In this document: positions 10,840 through 36,985 of the stretch, one piece after another | Position numbering within the stretch: position 1 is the first letter of the stretch | Layout: each line of letters opens with the position of its first letter | Origin: Mytilus trossulus | Lineage: Eukaryota | NCBI RefSeq assembly: GCF_036588685.1 | Contig: NC_086373.1 | Coordinates: forward strand, 91,388,001-91,452,000 | Direction: 5' to 3' | Length of the DNA stretch: 64,000 bases | Notes under the pieces: generated by a model | Told to the model about the DNA's origin: nothing | Seen by the model: only the letters and a program-made list of their open reading frames with translations | Database searches by the model: none | Translations under genes and position numbers: made by a program

Positions 10840-12735
10840 ACAGTTACACGGAAATGTAACAATAATATGAAAATTATTGTTACATTAGAGGCTAATTGTC
10901 GGAATGCAGGATTGGGAAAGGAACCGATTAATTACGAATGTAATAATAATATTTGGGTCTACGGTTACATTTATATGTGTTCCCCCTAACAGAAGTTCCA
11001 CTGGAAACTTTGTTATAAACAATGTCATAATACCTATTCATGTTGAAACAAATATTCTATACTATTTATTCCGTTAGGAACATTTACTGTAATATTTATT
11101 TTATTCCTATGGGAATAATATTCCAGAATATTTTTTCCTTTTGGAACTTATATTATGAAGGAACTTATATTCCGTGACAACATTGCGTTATTGTTACATT
11201 AAAGACACAGGCACTTGTCTCAAAAAAAAAATTCCTGTATACCTTAATATATTAAGGTATACAGGATTTTTTTTTTTGAGACAAGTGCCTGTGATTAAAG
11301 ACTGCAATGTAGGCTAGAATTGTTAAACTTCAACCTTCTATAGTTTTGTTGCTTAATTTTTGACTTCGATATGTACTAGATAATAATAGTAATAACAATA
11401 TCCCTTAATAGTAATAATAATATTCCTTTTCAACAATTTTTTTAAGTATTGATTGTTTTGATGTTGTTAAAGAAACTACTCATGATAGTTTAGTTCAAAC
11501 TATTGATGACTACTTAATACTGTCCAATAGGGCATTCAGTACTGTCACCACTAAGAACGAAATTACGATCACAAAATACTTGGACTCTGAAAAGTGAAAA
11601 CACTGTTTCCATTTAGCGGTGCACATTGCCGTATCACTGGTTTGTCACGGATGGCTGCTTATAGAGTGGTTTCACCAAAAATGCGTCGGACTAAAACATG
11701 CTAAAAAAGACATACTGGATTTGTAGAATCTGTCATTGTAAACAAAAAAATAAAATATTGTATGCAAACAATATTTAAATATCAAATAAAAGTTTTCGAG
11801 TTTTATTCTATAAATGATGTTTGGATTTTCATTTCTTTAAATTCGCCGGGACCTCGGGACTTCATGTTTTAAATAAATAAATAAATATTTTATTTGAGTG
11901 TCACACATCGATTGATACAGTACATATATACAAGTAAATTAAGTAACATCTTTAAAATTCAATCAATGCCCAGCCAAACATTTGACTTATGAGACACTTT
12001 ACTGAAAACATTCATGTACATATTTACAATAAACTGTATGTTAAATTGGTAAAATATTTCTAGAGTTAAAAATCTAATAAATTATTTTTTCAAAATCGCT
12101 TTCAAAAATACCATTTGTAAAAATATAAAATGTTAATACTGATCATATGAAAAACACTATAAAAGTTCTTATTAAAAAGTTATCAATTCTCTTCTAAAAT
12201 AGAAATAAAGTATAATAAAAATATTGAACTCAATAAATAAAAATACCTTATTTTAAAAATTTGAGAAAAACAAATATGCTTAATGTTAAAACCTTAGACA
12301 AAAACTAGGCTATAAAAATGAAAATCTACCTCTTCAATCAAATGTAAATAAAACACTTCTGTAAAATTTTACATGGACATTTCTGAATTTGCTCGGATCT
12401 CATCCCAGTATGCATTGTTTCAAAGTTCTCAATTAAATAATTACATTCACAAAATAAATCATATCGTATGTCTGCATATAAAGGGCACTCCATCAAAAAA
12501 TGTTTCTCAGTCTCTAACGTTACATGTCCGAGATCGCAATATATAGTCTATCTTCAATTGGAACTTTAAAGCCCAGGATTTCGGGACCAGGACCCTACGA
12601 CACCCCCCTTTTCCATTGCAGTTCGTAAATGTAACAATAACGCAATGTAACTGAATCCAAATAGTATTGTCACATTCGTAATTAATCAGTTCTCACCCAA
12701 CCCTGCAATCCGACTATTAGTCTCCAATGTAACAA
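10840..12735. mobile_element. Degenerate inverted-repeat element with nested insertions
   Basis: 10875-10970 plus 11181-11200 is the reverse complement of about 12628-12735 (ATTGTTACATT.GAG.CTAAT.GTCGGA.TGCAGG motif). Confidence 0.5.
11206..11293. mobile_element. Near-perfect 88-bp palindromic MITE with perfect 8-bp TSD (P-element-like)
   Basis: CACAGGCACTTGTCTC...GAGACAAGTGCCTGTG. ATTAAAGA at 11198-11205 and 11294-11301. Confidence 0.85.
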
Positions 12736-13094
12736 TCTTGATCTTAATGTTTGTTCTTTTAGACTGTCACTGTTTTAGCCAAACCATCTTCTTTTTTCAA
12801 TATAGTATAGTTTTTGTTGTAGTTGTATCTTCATTTCATTTAAATTAAATAAAAAAAACTTTTAAATTAGGAAAGCTTTACTAGCTTTTCGTTTGGGGTT
12901 CGTGTTGTTTATTCTTTAGTTTTCTATGTTACAAATGTAATGTGTAGATCTACTATTGTTTTTCTGTTTGTCTTTTTCATTTTTAGCCATTGCATTGTCA
13001 GTTTGTTTTAGATTTATGAGTTTGACTGTCCCTTTGGTATCATTCTAAATTCAAAGGTAAGAGACCATGTTAGAAATTAAAAAGGGACTGAAAC

Positions 13095-13135
13095 CAAGGA
13101 TTTGTATAGTATACATAATACTATACAAATCCTTG
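13095..13135. mobile_element. 41-bp palindromic mini-element (CAAGG termini), about 7-bp TSD
   Basis: CAAGGATTTGTATAGTAT-acata-ATACTATACAAATCCTTG. Flanks CTGAAAC/TTGAAAC. Confidence 0.7.
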
Positions 13136-13183
13136 TTGAAACATAAAAATCATGCAGTCTTCCCATAAATTACTTAATTATAG

Positions 13184-13214
13184 CAGAGACATATAATTGT
13201 ATTATATGTCTCTG
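13184..13214. mobile_element. 31-bp palindromic mini-element (CAGAG termini), perfect 7-bp TSD
   Basis: CAGAGACATATAAT-tgt-ATTATATGTCTCTG. ATTATAG at 13177-13183 and 13215-13221. Confidence 0.75.
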
Positions 13215-13405
13215 ATTATAGAATATCAAACTAGGCTGACTGTATTTTTTATTAGGCGCCCTCTATCGGCTGATAGCTCTTAGATGAGCGAAGGGAGATT
13301 GGTGGAAAACAACGGCTGACATTATTCATTTTTCTGGATAGGTATTTAGATGAATCTATATTTTTTTCTCACTGGAACATCGCGTGAAGGTTACTGTGAT
13401 CCAAT

Positions 13406-27461
<14,056 letters not shown>

Positions 27462-27783
27462 CAAATACTCATTTTAGGCGATTTTTAACTGTTGTGACTT
27501 ACTTAGGAAATCAGTTGAAATTGGAGATATAACTTATGATAGAACTGTTTTAGTGTGACCATAGACAGTGATTTCATGGTTTGAAAAGATTACTGTTAAA
27601 TGGCTCAATGTCTAATATGAAGTACATTTTATTTTATTAAAGTTCATCTGTTATAGGTTATTTTTTTAGTCAGGTTGATTTCCTGTGGATAAAATTTTAT
27701 CACATGTAGCTGTTATTTTTTATTTATGATATATTGTTGAATCTCGTGAAGATTAATATTTGTAAACTAGAAGAGATGTATGT

Positions 27784-27789
27784 AATAAA
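27784..27789 (+). terminator. Candidate PDHB polyadenylation signal AATAAA
   Basis: AATAAA about 320 nt after the PDHB stop, followed by T-rich sequence. Confidence 0.5.
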
Positions 27790-28924
27790 GTCTTAAAATG
27801 ATTTTACTTTCTGTAGAAACCAAGGTATACAAAAGAACATTATTTAGAGATGTCAACTGTAGGGATAGTTTTTTCCAATGTGTTTCATGTTATCACAGTC
27901 TTCATGATCAATTTTTGAATCCACAAACCAGAGGCTTAATTTTACAAAATTTTTAGTTGGATTCTGTTGGCTAGTAGAGAAGAATTTCACAAGCTGGAAA
28001 GTAAAATTTTACAAGCCATGGCTGTATGACTTGTGGTTAAGCGTGAAGACTGTTACTTACATTAACTTGGCAAAAGGGGATAGTTGTGGAGGTTGGAGTT
28101 TAAAGTGACTAAATTTGTCTCCCTATTTTAGAAAAAGTGGATTTGTAAAATTTGTTTGCATCCTTTTGTTAGATGCTTATACTTTCCATCTCCTTTATAA
28201 ACCAGTAACTGGATTTAATTTAACCTGCTAGAAATGTTCTGTACCCAATAGCAGTGTGCACCTCATGTTTTATATTTTGACCTGGCTGAATTTTTGTACT
28301 AGTATTCCCAAGTTATGACAGGTATGTTCCATCAAAATAACGTACTACCAAACTTTTAGTTATGTATTTGTGTTATAATACTCTGGTTGCTGTCTTAACA
28401 TACTCTTGTTTGAAAGGATAACAACCAGAACACAATGTAGTAGGCTTTTCCATTTACCATATCTATATTTTTTATGCAAGTTACACATAATCAAGTTATA
28501 CAATTAAACCTTAAACTTTTAGCATCACTCTGATTTTGATAGATGATTTGAACAAGAAAGATTAATATAGCAATGATAAAATATAAATTTTTGAATGAAG
28601 GCTTTATCACAATAGTTTTTAATAATTTTCTGTTGTTAAGCAGAATACTGTGGATTTAACAAAAAAGTGATACTGTAGTCCATGCAAAGTTTTTTAAGAT
28701 ATCCGTTTTTGTTTGAAAGATATTGCAGTATAATTGGATAAACTGGTTCATATCATCACATTTGTTGATTTCTATAATGCGTGATGGTTGTATCATTTGT
28801 TTCAATATTATTTATGTGAAAATTAAAAACAGAAAAAGACAGTTTATGTTTATTTCTCATTATTATTAAGCGACTGAGAGTAGAACATAAAGTAATGTGT
28901 AAGTTACTACTAGTGTAGAAATAT

Positions 28925-29950
28925 TATACCCCGGAAACAAAGTTTCAAAGGGTATGATGTTTTTGACCTGTTCCTCTGTAAGTCAGTCCATCCTTCAGTT
29001 CTCTGTTGTCACCATAACACCTCTGAAATCCCACAATAGAATTTCATGAAACTGTGAAGATAATACATACATGATATGTAGATGCACATATCCACAAGAA
29101 ATTTTTATCAGTTGTTTTTTGATGGATTTTTTTAAGCCTTTAACTTAGGAATCTGGTGAGATTGTTTGCAAAGTAACAATGATTGGACAATAACGAGAGT
29201 TTGCTTACAAAGGTTCATCGATTAATTTGGTGACCTATAACATATAAATAAGCCAAACTTTTAGAATAGTCTGATATGAAGCCTGCTGTTTTTAAAGGAC
29301 TGCGGTCATATATTAGTATCACATTGTTGTCGTTGTCAGCTTTGTCAGAAGACAGATGGTTTCCGGATAATAACTTTAGTATAAGTTAATAGAAATCAAT
29401 AAAATTTTGACACAATGTTTGTAACCACAAAAGAAAGGTTGGGATTGATTGAAAACAAGCATTTATCAAGTTTCAGGACAATAAGTTGTGTACAAGTATT
29501 TCAATTGCTCTGAAATTGTGCCACAATGTTTAATACCATAGGTAGAAGGTTGGGATTTTTTCAGGGTTATTGGGCAAACAGTTTTGGAATTAAGGGCCAA
29601 AAAGAAGCATTTTTCTAGTTTTAGGACAATAACATGTGTGTAACTGTATGAATCTCTCTGACATTGTGGCACAAGGTTCATTATATAACAAAGGGAAGGC
29701 TGGGATTGAGTTTGGTGTTAATTTCCCCGAACATATAGGAATAAGGGACCAAAAAAACGGCCAAAAAGAAGCATTTTTCTAGTTTACAGACCATAACTTG
29801 TTTTTTAGTGTATGGATCTCTCTGAAATTATACTACAAGATTTCTTACTGCAAAGGAAAGGCTTGAATTGAGTTTTGGGGTTCTTGTTCCATGGGGGATT
29901 TTTTCTAATTACAGATTTCAGAAACTAAAATGAAAATTTCTTCAAATATT
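28925..29950. mobile_element. Degenerate nested HINE-like repeat fragments
   Basis: TTATACCCC start, GTC/TGTC microsatellite traces and repeated GGCCAAAAAGAAGCATTTTTCTAGTTT units. Confidence 0.45.
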
Positions 29951-31304
29951 TTTTTTTTGAGGGGATTGTCACAACAGCATAGTGAATTGCTCAAAAGCAA
30001 AGAGTGTTTAATAAAAAGTTCATAAACATCAAATATACTGTCAAAAGAAAAATCATTCATTGTTATCCCGTTCTTGTTTGCAAGTGAGTTTTCCCCCTCT
30101 TCTTTATTATTTACAAGTGACTACCTTAAAGAATGCACTTGTTTTGATTATTCATTAGCAAAGTTTAATTAGTTGTTTCTATCCCTCTCCAACTTTTCAA
30201 TGTGAAATATTTGTGTAAAAGGTAGAGACGCCATACATAAAATACAAATAGGACATTTCATCTTTCTTTAAAGACACTTTATATAACATATTTGTTTAGG
30301 GGTTAGCTGAAAGTCTCATCCGGGTGCGGGAGTTTCTCGCTGCATTAAAAACCAATTGGTGGCCTTCGGATGTTGTCTTCTCTATGGTCGGATTGTTGTC
30401 TCTTTGGCACATTCCCCGTTTCCATTCTCAATTGTATTGTCACAAGTTCTTCGGTTTTCAACTATAAATCAATCTATGAAAGTTATGGTTTGAAAAATGA
30501 ATTCCCCGCTACCTTTTCATCATTGTCTTGTATATTTTAAGTCATTATACAAAAAAAATATTGGTGTGTGATTTGTACTAAAGGCGAATTTGTGAAAAAG
30601 TAATTAATACAAACAAAACAATTCATGAAAGGCATTGGTCTTATTAAAGTAGAACTTTATCAAAACATTGAACAAAAAAACGAACATGAAATAAATTCAC
30701 CTGGTTAAAAGAACATTATTATTCTCATAACAAATGCCTTTCTCTATGTCTATGTAAATATCAAAGCCCTTAGATTATCTCATTGAAAAACTGAAGGTCA
30801 ATTTATACCTCACATTTACTTGCAACGAATATTATGTTATAATTTTTCAAAACATGCAATTTCTGGACATTTAAATTCTTTAGAAAGCTATTCTGTATAA
30901 AGAAATTAGGAACTGTTTGTATTTTACCTCAACATAGATTTATTATCATTATCATGTTGATTTAGTTAAAGTTTTAAACAGTGCAGAACACTCATAAAAT
31001 ACCAGCAAAGTTTACAATTTAGGGCAATCTTGACAACAACTGAAGGTATAATTCGAGGCTTTGTATTGCATATACTTTAACACAAAGAGTTTACTAGTGT
31101 ACAGTTTATGCCAAACTATTATCAAAAGATCATTATACCAACAGTACACATATAATAACCACAAAAATATATGATTGCACCGTATCCAATAAATATAAAA
31201 CGCATTTAAAAATTGTTCTTGCTTACCTGGTTGACCATAGTTCAAAATGAGACATTTACAAGAAGACAAGAAGATTATCTGAGTGTTCAACAGTTTTAAA
31301 AAAA

Positions 31305-33538
31305 ATGGGGTAAGATTTATTTTTCTGTATTGGTTTTAGTTGGTTTGTTTGTCTGATTTGCGAGTACTGTTTAAAAAAGTCGTACTATGTTTTCGTGAAG
31401 TCCTTTTTGTCGAGCATGCGAACTTTATTTCACGAAAGCGAGATATAGCTATCACAGAAGTTGTTCATGCCAACATATAGTTATCCAGAGCAAAACTGCG
31501 AAAATATTTATTTTAAAGTATGAATCTTAACGAATAAATGGACTTAGTTTTTTTTAACATTCATATTTTGTAGCATTCATATTCATTCTGACGTTACAGT
31601 TTAGCTGTCATCAATCACTTTGTCAAACTTTATGAAATTAAATGAAATGTAGACAAAAGCATTGTGAATATCCAAAACATAGTACCCATAACAAAAGTTT
31701 GAAATTATTTATTTTTCATTTTTTAATATTTAAATGATAAAAGAATTTAGTTTTGTTCATAATTAACAAGTTGATAAGCATTAGTTTAAGTTTGTTACAC
31801 ATCAAATATTTTGTCAAAAAACTTTTTTTTAATGATTAAGATATAATGTCTTGTGCAAAGTTTTGAAAATGTATTTTTATTTTCGGTATTTTTCTGATAG
31901 ATGGACTAATTAGTTTTTTACAGTTAACATTTACAGACAGTCTGGGATTACATAATTTTGAAATAAGTTTGCAAACATTTATGGATTGTTATGAGATTTA
32001 AACAGACGCAAATTTTCGAGACAAAGAAATAACATGTAAAGAAACAGATTGATTTATATTTACAATTCTGTTTTTGACTGATAAATGAACTCACGTTTTA
32101 AGTTAGCACAACAAGTTTACAATGACAGCAGCAATTGAAGGTGAGACGCAGGCTGTGTCTCACCTTCAAACGCTGCTGTCATTGTAAGCCAGGGTTTCGC
32201 AGAATCCCTTGCGATGTTTTGTATCACATAATGAGTAACGAAGTTATTACATATTTCTTTTCCAGGAAGAGTAAAAAGTACAAAGTAAAAAAAATATGGA
32301 CTAGGAATGATTACGCTCTCAGACACAGTAACCAACAACGATCTCCATCTGAGGAAACAGTCAGGGTCTTAACAATGCAAACACGTAACGTACCAGCAAA
32401 ACCATATAGTTTTATGAAGATACCTGAAAATAATGAAATTACAAAATATCCCAAAGATGATGAAATTACAAAATATCCCGAAGATGATAAAATTACAAAA
32501 TATCCCGAAATTGACGAATCTGACAAAAAAGAAAAAAATACAGAAAGCTACGATGGTCTTAATAAACAAAAATCCAAACCTGTGGCATGTCTTGAATGTG
32601 TTAAACCGATTCAGGTTTTCACAAGTGAAGAAATTAAAAGAGGGGATCACATCAAATTCCATGGACGAATATATGATCACCATGCAATTGTAATCGATGT
32701 AAAACCAAATGAAAAAGATCATAAAGTAGACTTAGAATTGGTACATGCATCAAACACGACAGCTGGTGCAATATATAATTTTATAAGACCGTTTGGTAAC
32801 AAAGCCAAACTGTTAACAGAAACGAAACGAATAAATCTAAAGAAGATAAAAGTCATGGTGTATAAATATTCGGATACAATTGAACATTTTCTGCCCAAAG
32901 AGATTGTTACTAGAGCAGTCACAACAACATCCTACCCTGATTTCAAATACAACTTGCTAAATAATAACTGTGAGCATTTTACAACATGGTGCGTTACAGG
33001 CGTGATTCTTAGCTTACAAATTCGAAAGATACGAATGGTGAAGGGACTTTTTGCAAATCAAGGATTTCAAGGTATTGGCAACGAAGCTCTTCGAAATAAA
33101 ATCGAATTTGATAAAGGAATGCTCTGTAAACCGTGTTTCGATAGAAATGAAAAAATATTGAAGGTCACGAAGCAAAAGATCAGATCAAAAAGTGACGTAG
33201 AGATTGGTGATATAATAACATACAACTATTATAGATGTTGCCATTCTGCTGTCGTACTTGAAATTGTCAAATCACATGACAAATCACTACAGTGTAAAAT
33301 AGCTCATTATGCATTTCGTGGTTTACATAGGGATAAAAAGATTCTGGAGGAAACATTCAGAATTCCGTTTGATGGAAGTATAGAAGTTACTGATTTCACG
33401 ACTGATTATACTGTCTATGCTCCCGACGAGGTGGTAGAAAGGGCCCGTAGAAAGCTGGGCGAAAAACGTTATGATCATTTTTCAAATGATTCAAGTCATT
33501 TCGCGCGATGGTGTAAACTTAAATTGTACAGAAATTGA
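31305..33538 (+). CDS. Tandem double LRAT/PLAAT-like (permuted NlpC/P60) domain protein, copy 1; join(31305..31309,32266..33538), 425 aa, starts MGKSKKYKVKK
   Basis: Long ORF with GDHI..YDHHAIV..VHAS..YNLLNNNCEHFTTWCVTG (domain 1) and GDII..CCHSAVV..IAHY..VVERARRKLGEKRY..NDSSHFARWC (domain 2). ATGGG|GTAAGA donor at 31310 and polypyrimidine TTTCTTTTCCAG acceptor at 32265 join in frame. Confidence 0.9.
32423..32509 (+). repeat. 27-bp coding tandem repeat (P[EK][ND][ND][EK]ITKY x3) in copy 1 linker
   Basis: Units at 32423, 32450 and 32477. Copy 4 has a single unit (PEDDEITEY). Confidence 0.9.
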
Positions 33539-35281
33539 AATTAATCGTTATAGCCAATATTGTTTCATGGAATCTTTAGTAAACATATGACTTGATATGT
33601 ATTAATGACATGTCTTTGTTTTGTAATTTTGTTACATATCTAATTGTCAACAGAAAATCAATCCTGATGCATTGGCGGAAGAACTTTAACCAGTTTGTCA
33701 ATGGTTGACTTATCAAAATAAGAAATGAATTTTAGTGTTAGAAATTAAAATACACATACAAAATTACTACATATTGTCCTTTAAGATCTGTGAAAGTATA
33801 TTTTACGAACTGCTGAACAGTTTGTTGTACCTGATTTTGTGTGAATCTTTTATTCATTCAAATGAATTTAATACAAATGTCAATTCATGACACGTGCTGT
33901 TAAAGGTATAACATACATATATGATATGACGCAATCCTTTGGTCCAGAACTTTGTCTATATCAAATCTCAAACTCAATCTTAAAACCTGAATTAATCATC
34001 TGGAACGGGATATTTGTTTAAAGAAAATATAGAAAAATTGATTGGCAGTGTCAATTCAAAAAAATAAATCTATAAATAATAGTTTTGGATAACAAAATCA
34101 CAAAATTTAAGATAAATCTTTCTGTGTTAAGACTTGAAGTTAAATTAGTCTTATTAATCTATTTTAAATAAATCATGGGAGCCAAATATTTGTTAAACAG
34201 CGATGTTTAAATTTTAAAAAACTACAAGATAAGAGAAGCATCTATTAACATTTTGGTTTTCAACGATAAAACATAAAACATAAAAATAAAACATAATGTA
34301 TTGTTTGCTATTTTGAGTTAATCCACAGCATCACTCTGGATTCCTCCACCAATAAAAGACTGGCCGCCACGAAATAGACCGAAAGCGGGGCTAAAAGTGG
34401 CGTTACAAACACCTAAAATCAAATTAAATCAGAACTACTCAGTCGGCTGCAAATTTCAAAATGACGGTCCTAATATTTGAACAACTTCATACAAGAAATC
34501 TGCCATAATTATGATATGCGTTCATGAAGTCCTGGCATTTTTTGTATCGAAAGTTACTTATGTTTTTTTCATTTGTTAATGCTTACTTCTTTGACTAAAT
34601 CTCAGATGAACTTGGTTAATAGAAATTAATTGTATTAAATTCAACAATCAATAGAGCTATGTGTATTTAATATTCCTCATATATATTTATGAATTTATGG
34701 GAATATTTTATATTTGATATAATAGAAAGCACATCTTGAAGTTTTATGGAAAACAAAATATATAGAAATTGCCTAAAAAAGAATCTGTTGGAATTCCATA
34801 TCATTATAATTTAATATGCCACAATCGAATTAAATTTTCCACGAATTTGACCTACAGAATTAGACTTATCCCAAGGTTTATTTACCATGAGCAACACGAC
34901 GGGTGCCACGTTTGGAGAAGGATATAAGTAACCTTCCGAAGCACATGAGATCACCCCAGTGTTTGGTGGTGTTCGTGTTGCTCATTATAGTTTCCATGCT
35001 GTGTTTTGTATACTTTTGTTTGTCAATTAGACATCTTACCACTAAGATTTAAACGAAACGGGTGTAATCAATTATAGGCAACCATATATATTTATGCTTT
35101 ATAGAAGACATAGGATCTGTACTCTTATATATATATATATTTATGCATTGTTATACCCAGAGTGTTCTTGCATTCATTTGTAATGTATTCCTGTCATGTA
35201 ATGTTGTCATGTTAGCGGTACATTTAACATTGCCATAAAGCGCGAGTAATGGCTAGCAACAAAACCAGGTTCAATCCACCA

Positions 35282-36187
35282 TTTTTGTCGAGCCTGCGAC
35301 TTTTGTCTCTGATGCTCAAACAGTTTTCACTTGACCTCGACGTCATTTCATGGATCAGAGAACAAGGTTTAGCTTTAGTGGTCAAGTCTATATCTCAGAT
35401 ATTCTGAGCAATAGAATTAAAATTGAGAATGGAAATGTGGAATGTGTCAAAGAGACAACAACCCGACCATAGAAAAATCAACAGCAGAAGGCCACCAACA
35501 GGTCTTCAATATAGCGAGAAATTCCCGCACCCGGAGGCGTCCTTCAGCTGGCACTTAACAAATATATACTAGTTCAGTGATAATGAACGCCATACTAATT
35601 TCCAAATTGTACACAAGAAACTAAAATTGAAATAATACAAGACTAACAAAAACCAGAGGCTCCTGACATGGGACAGGCGCAAACTAGTATATTTGGTGTA
35701 TGGAAGGACTGTTAGGTCCAACTGGTAGGTGTCATCTGACCTTGACCTCATTTTGATGGTTCAGTGATTATAGTTAAGTTTTTGTGTTTTGGTCTGTTTT
35801 TCTTATACTGAATGCAAAGGTCAACTTTATTTGGTATATTTAATGATTGTTAGGTGTACATGTCTAGCTGGCAGGTATCATCAGATGACCTCGTTTTCAT
35901 GGTTCATTGGTTAAGTTAAGTTTTTGTTCTTATGTCTTTTTTCTAATACTATAAGCAATAGGCCAACTATTTTTTGGTGTATGGAAATATTTTATGATGT
36001 ACATGTCAGTCTCACAGGTTTTGTTTGACCTTGATCTCATTTCATGATTCTATGGCCGGTCAATGATTAGTTTTCTAGGTTGAGTCTGTTCCTTAGAAAC
36101 TATAAGCAATAGGTCAACTATATTTAGTGTATTGAATGATTGTATGGTGTACATGTATTTCTTGTTTGGCTTCAGCGTGTGCACTTT
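35282..36187. mobile_element. HINE-like repeat with a nested dispersed repeat (35418-35682)
   Basis: TTTTTGTCGAGCCTGCGACTTTT start and repeated GACCTTGACCTCATTTT / AAGCAATAGGTCAACTAT units. Related pieces at about 31404-31450, 41900-42330 and 48525-48560. Confidence 0.55.
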
Positions 36188-36985
36188 TGCTCTGAACATG
36201 TCCTGTACTAAGTCAGAATTATGTCAGTTGGTTTCTAATAGTTCGCCCAATCGATTTGTGACTTTTGACCAGCGGTAGACAACTGTTGCCTTTATTTATA
36301 TATGATGAGTTGCAGTTGTCGATAGTCCATAAAACAGTCTTAGCCCAAAATACGCACGTGCTCATACTTAGTTACTATTTCATGCATTGTTTATTGTTGT
36401 ATGAGGAAGTTTTGCGGCACTGGAAAATAAAATTGAAGAATTTTTTATGAGTTAAAAAAAAAAACCAATCAGCTAATTATGTGAAGGTGTATAAAAAAAA
36501 GTCTTACTCAAAAGCCTGTAATTTCGGTAATAATCAATTGATCTTTTGGAACCTTTATCTTATAGAAAGCCAATACCGCGTAAAGAACATGTGATCCATT
36601 TGCGTGGTTGACTCCAAGTAGAGCAAAAGTAGCAGTTATCATGATCATATTGCTACAGTAAATATATCAAACAACAACCAATACAAAAACTATATAAAGA
36701 AGCGTATCAACTACTATGTAAGTGAATCAAGATTTTAAGAAGTGTGGAGTTGACCGCTTCACGTTCTATACCAAACTGTTAAATCAATAGACAAACAATA
36801 GATGTGTAATATCGAAAAAATCATACATCGGATCACCTTTCCCAAATGAATTAAATGCTTTATAAAATGTTTAAAAATCCTATTTACCAATATAACTGAT
36901 TGACGAAGGTAAATGTTTAATTCAAGATGAGACATGCACAAGAAGACAAGTAGATTATTTAAGTGTTCAACAGTTCCAGAAAAAA

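Noticed and set aside
32135-32265. ORF-track N-terminal extensions of copies 1-3 (from 32135, 37167, 50567) and the late start of copy 4 (62352)
   Set aside because: These are non-ATG starts. For copies 1-3 similarity between paralogues begins exactly at the splice acceptor, so the extensions are intronic. For copy 4 the frame is open back to the acceptor at 62095.
32311-32922. Antisense and alternative-frame ORFs over the LRAT genes (also 37329-37595, 50995-51303, 62229-62725)
   Set aside because: Shadows of the sense coding sequence, with no independent signals.
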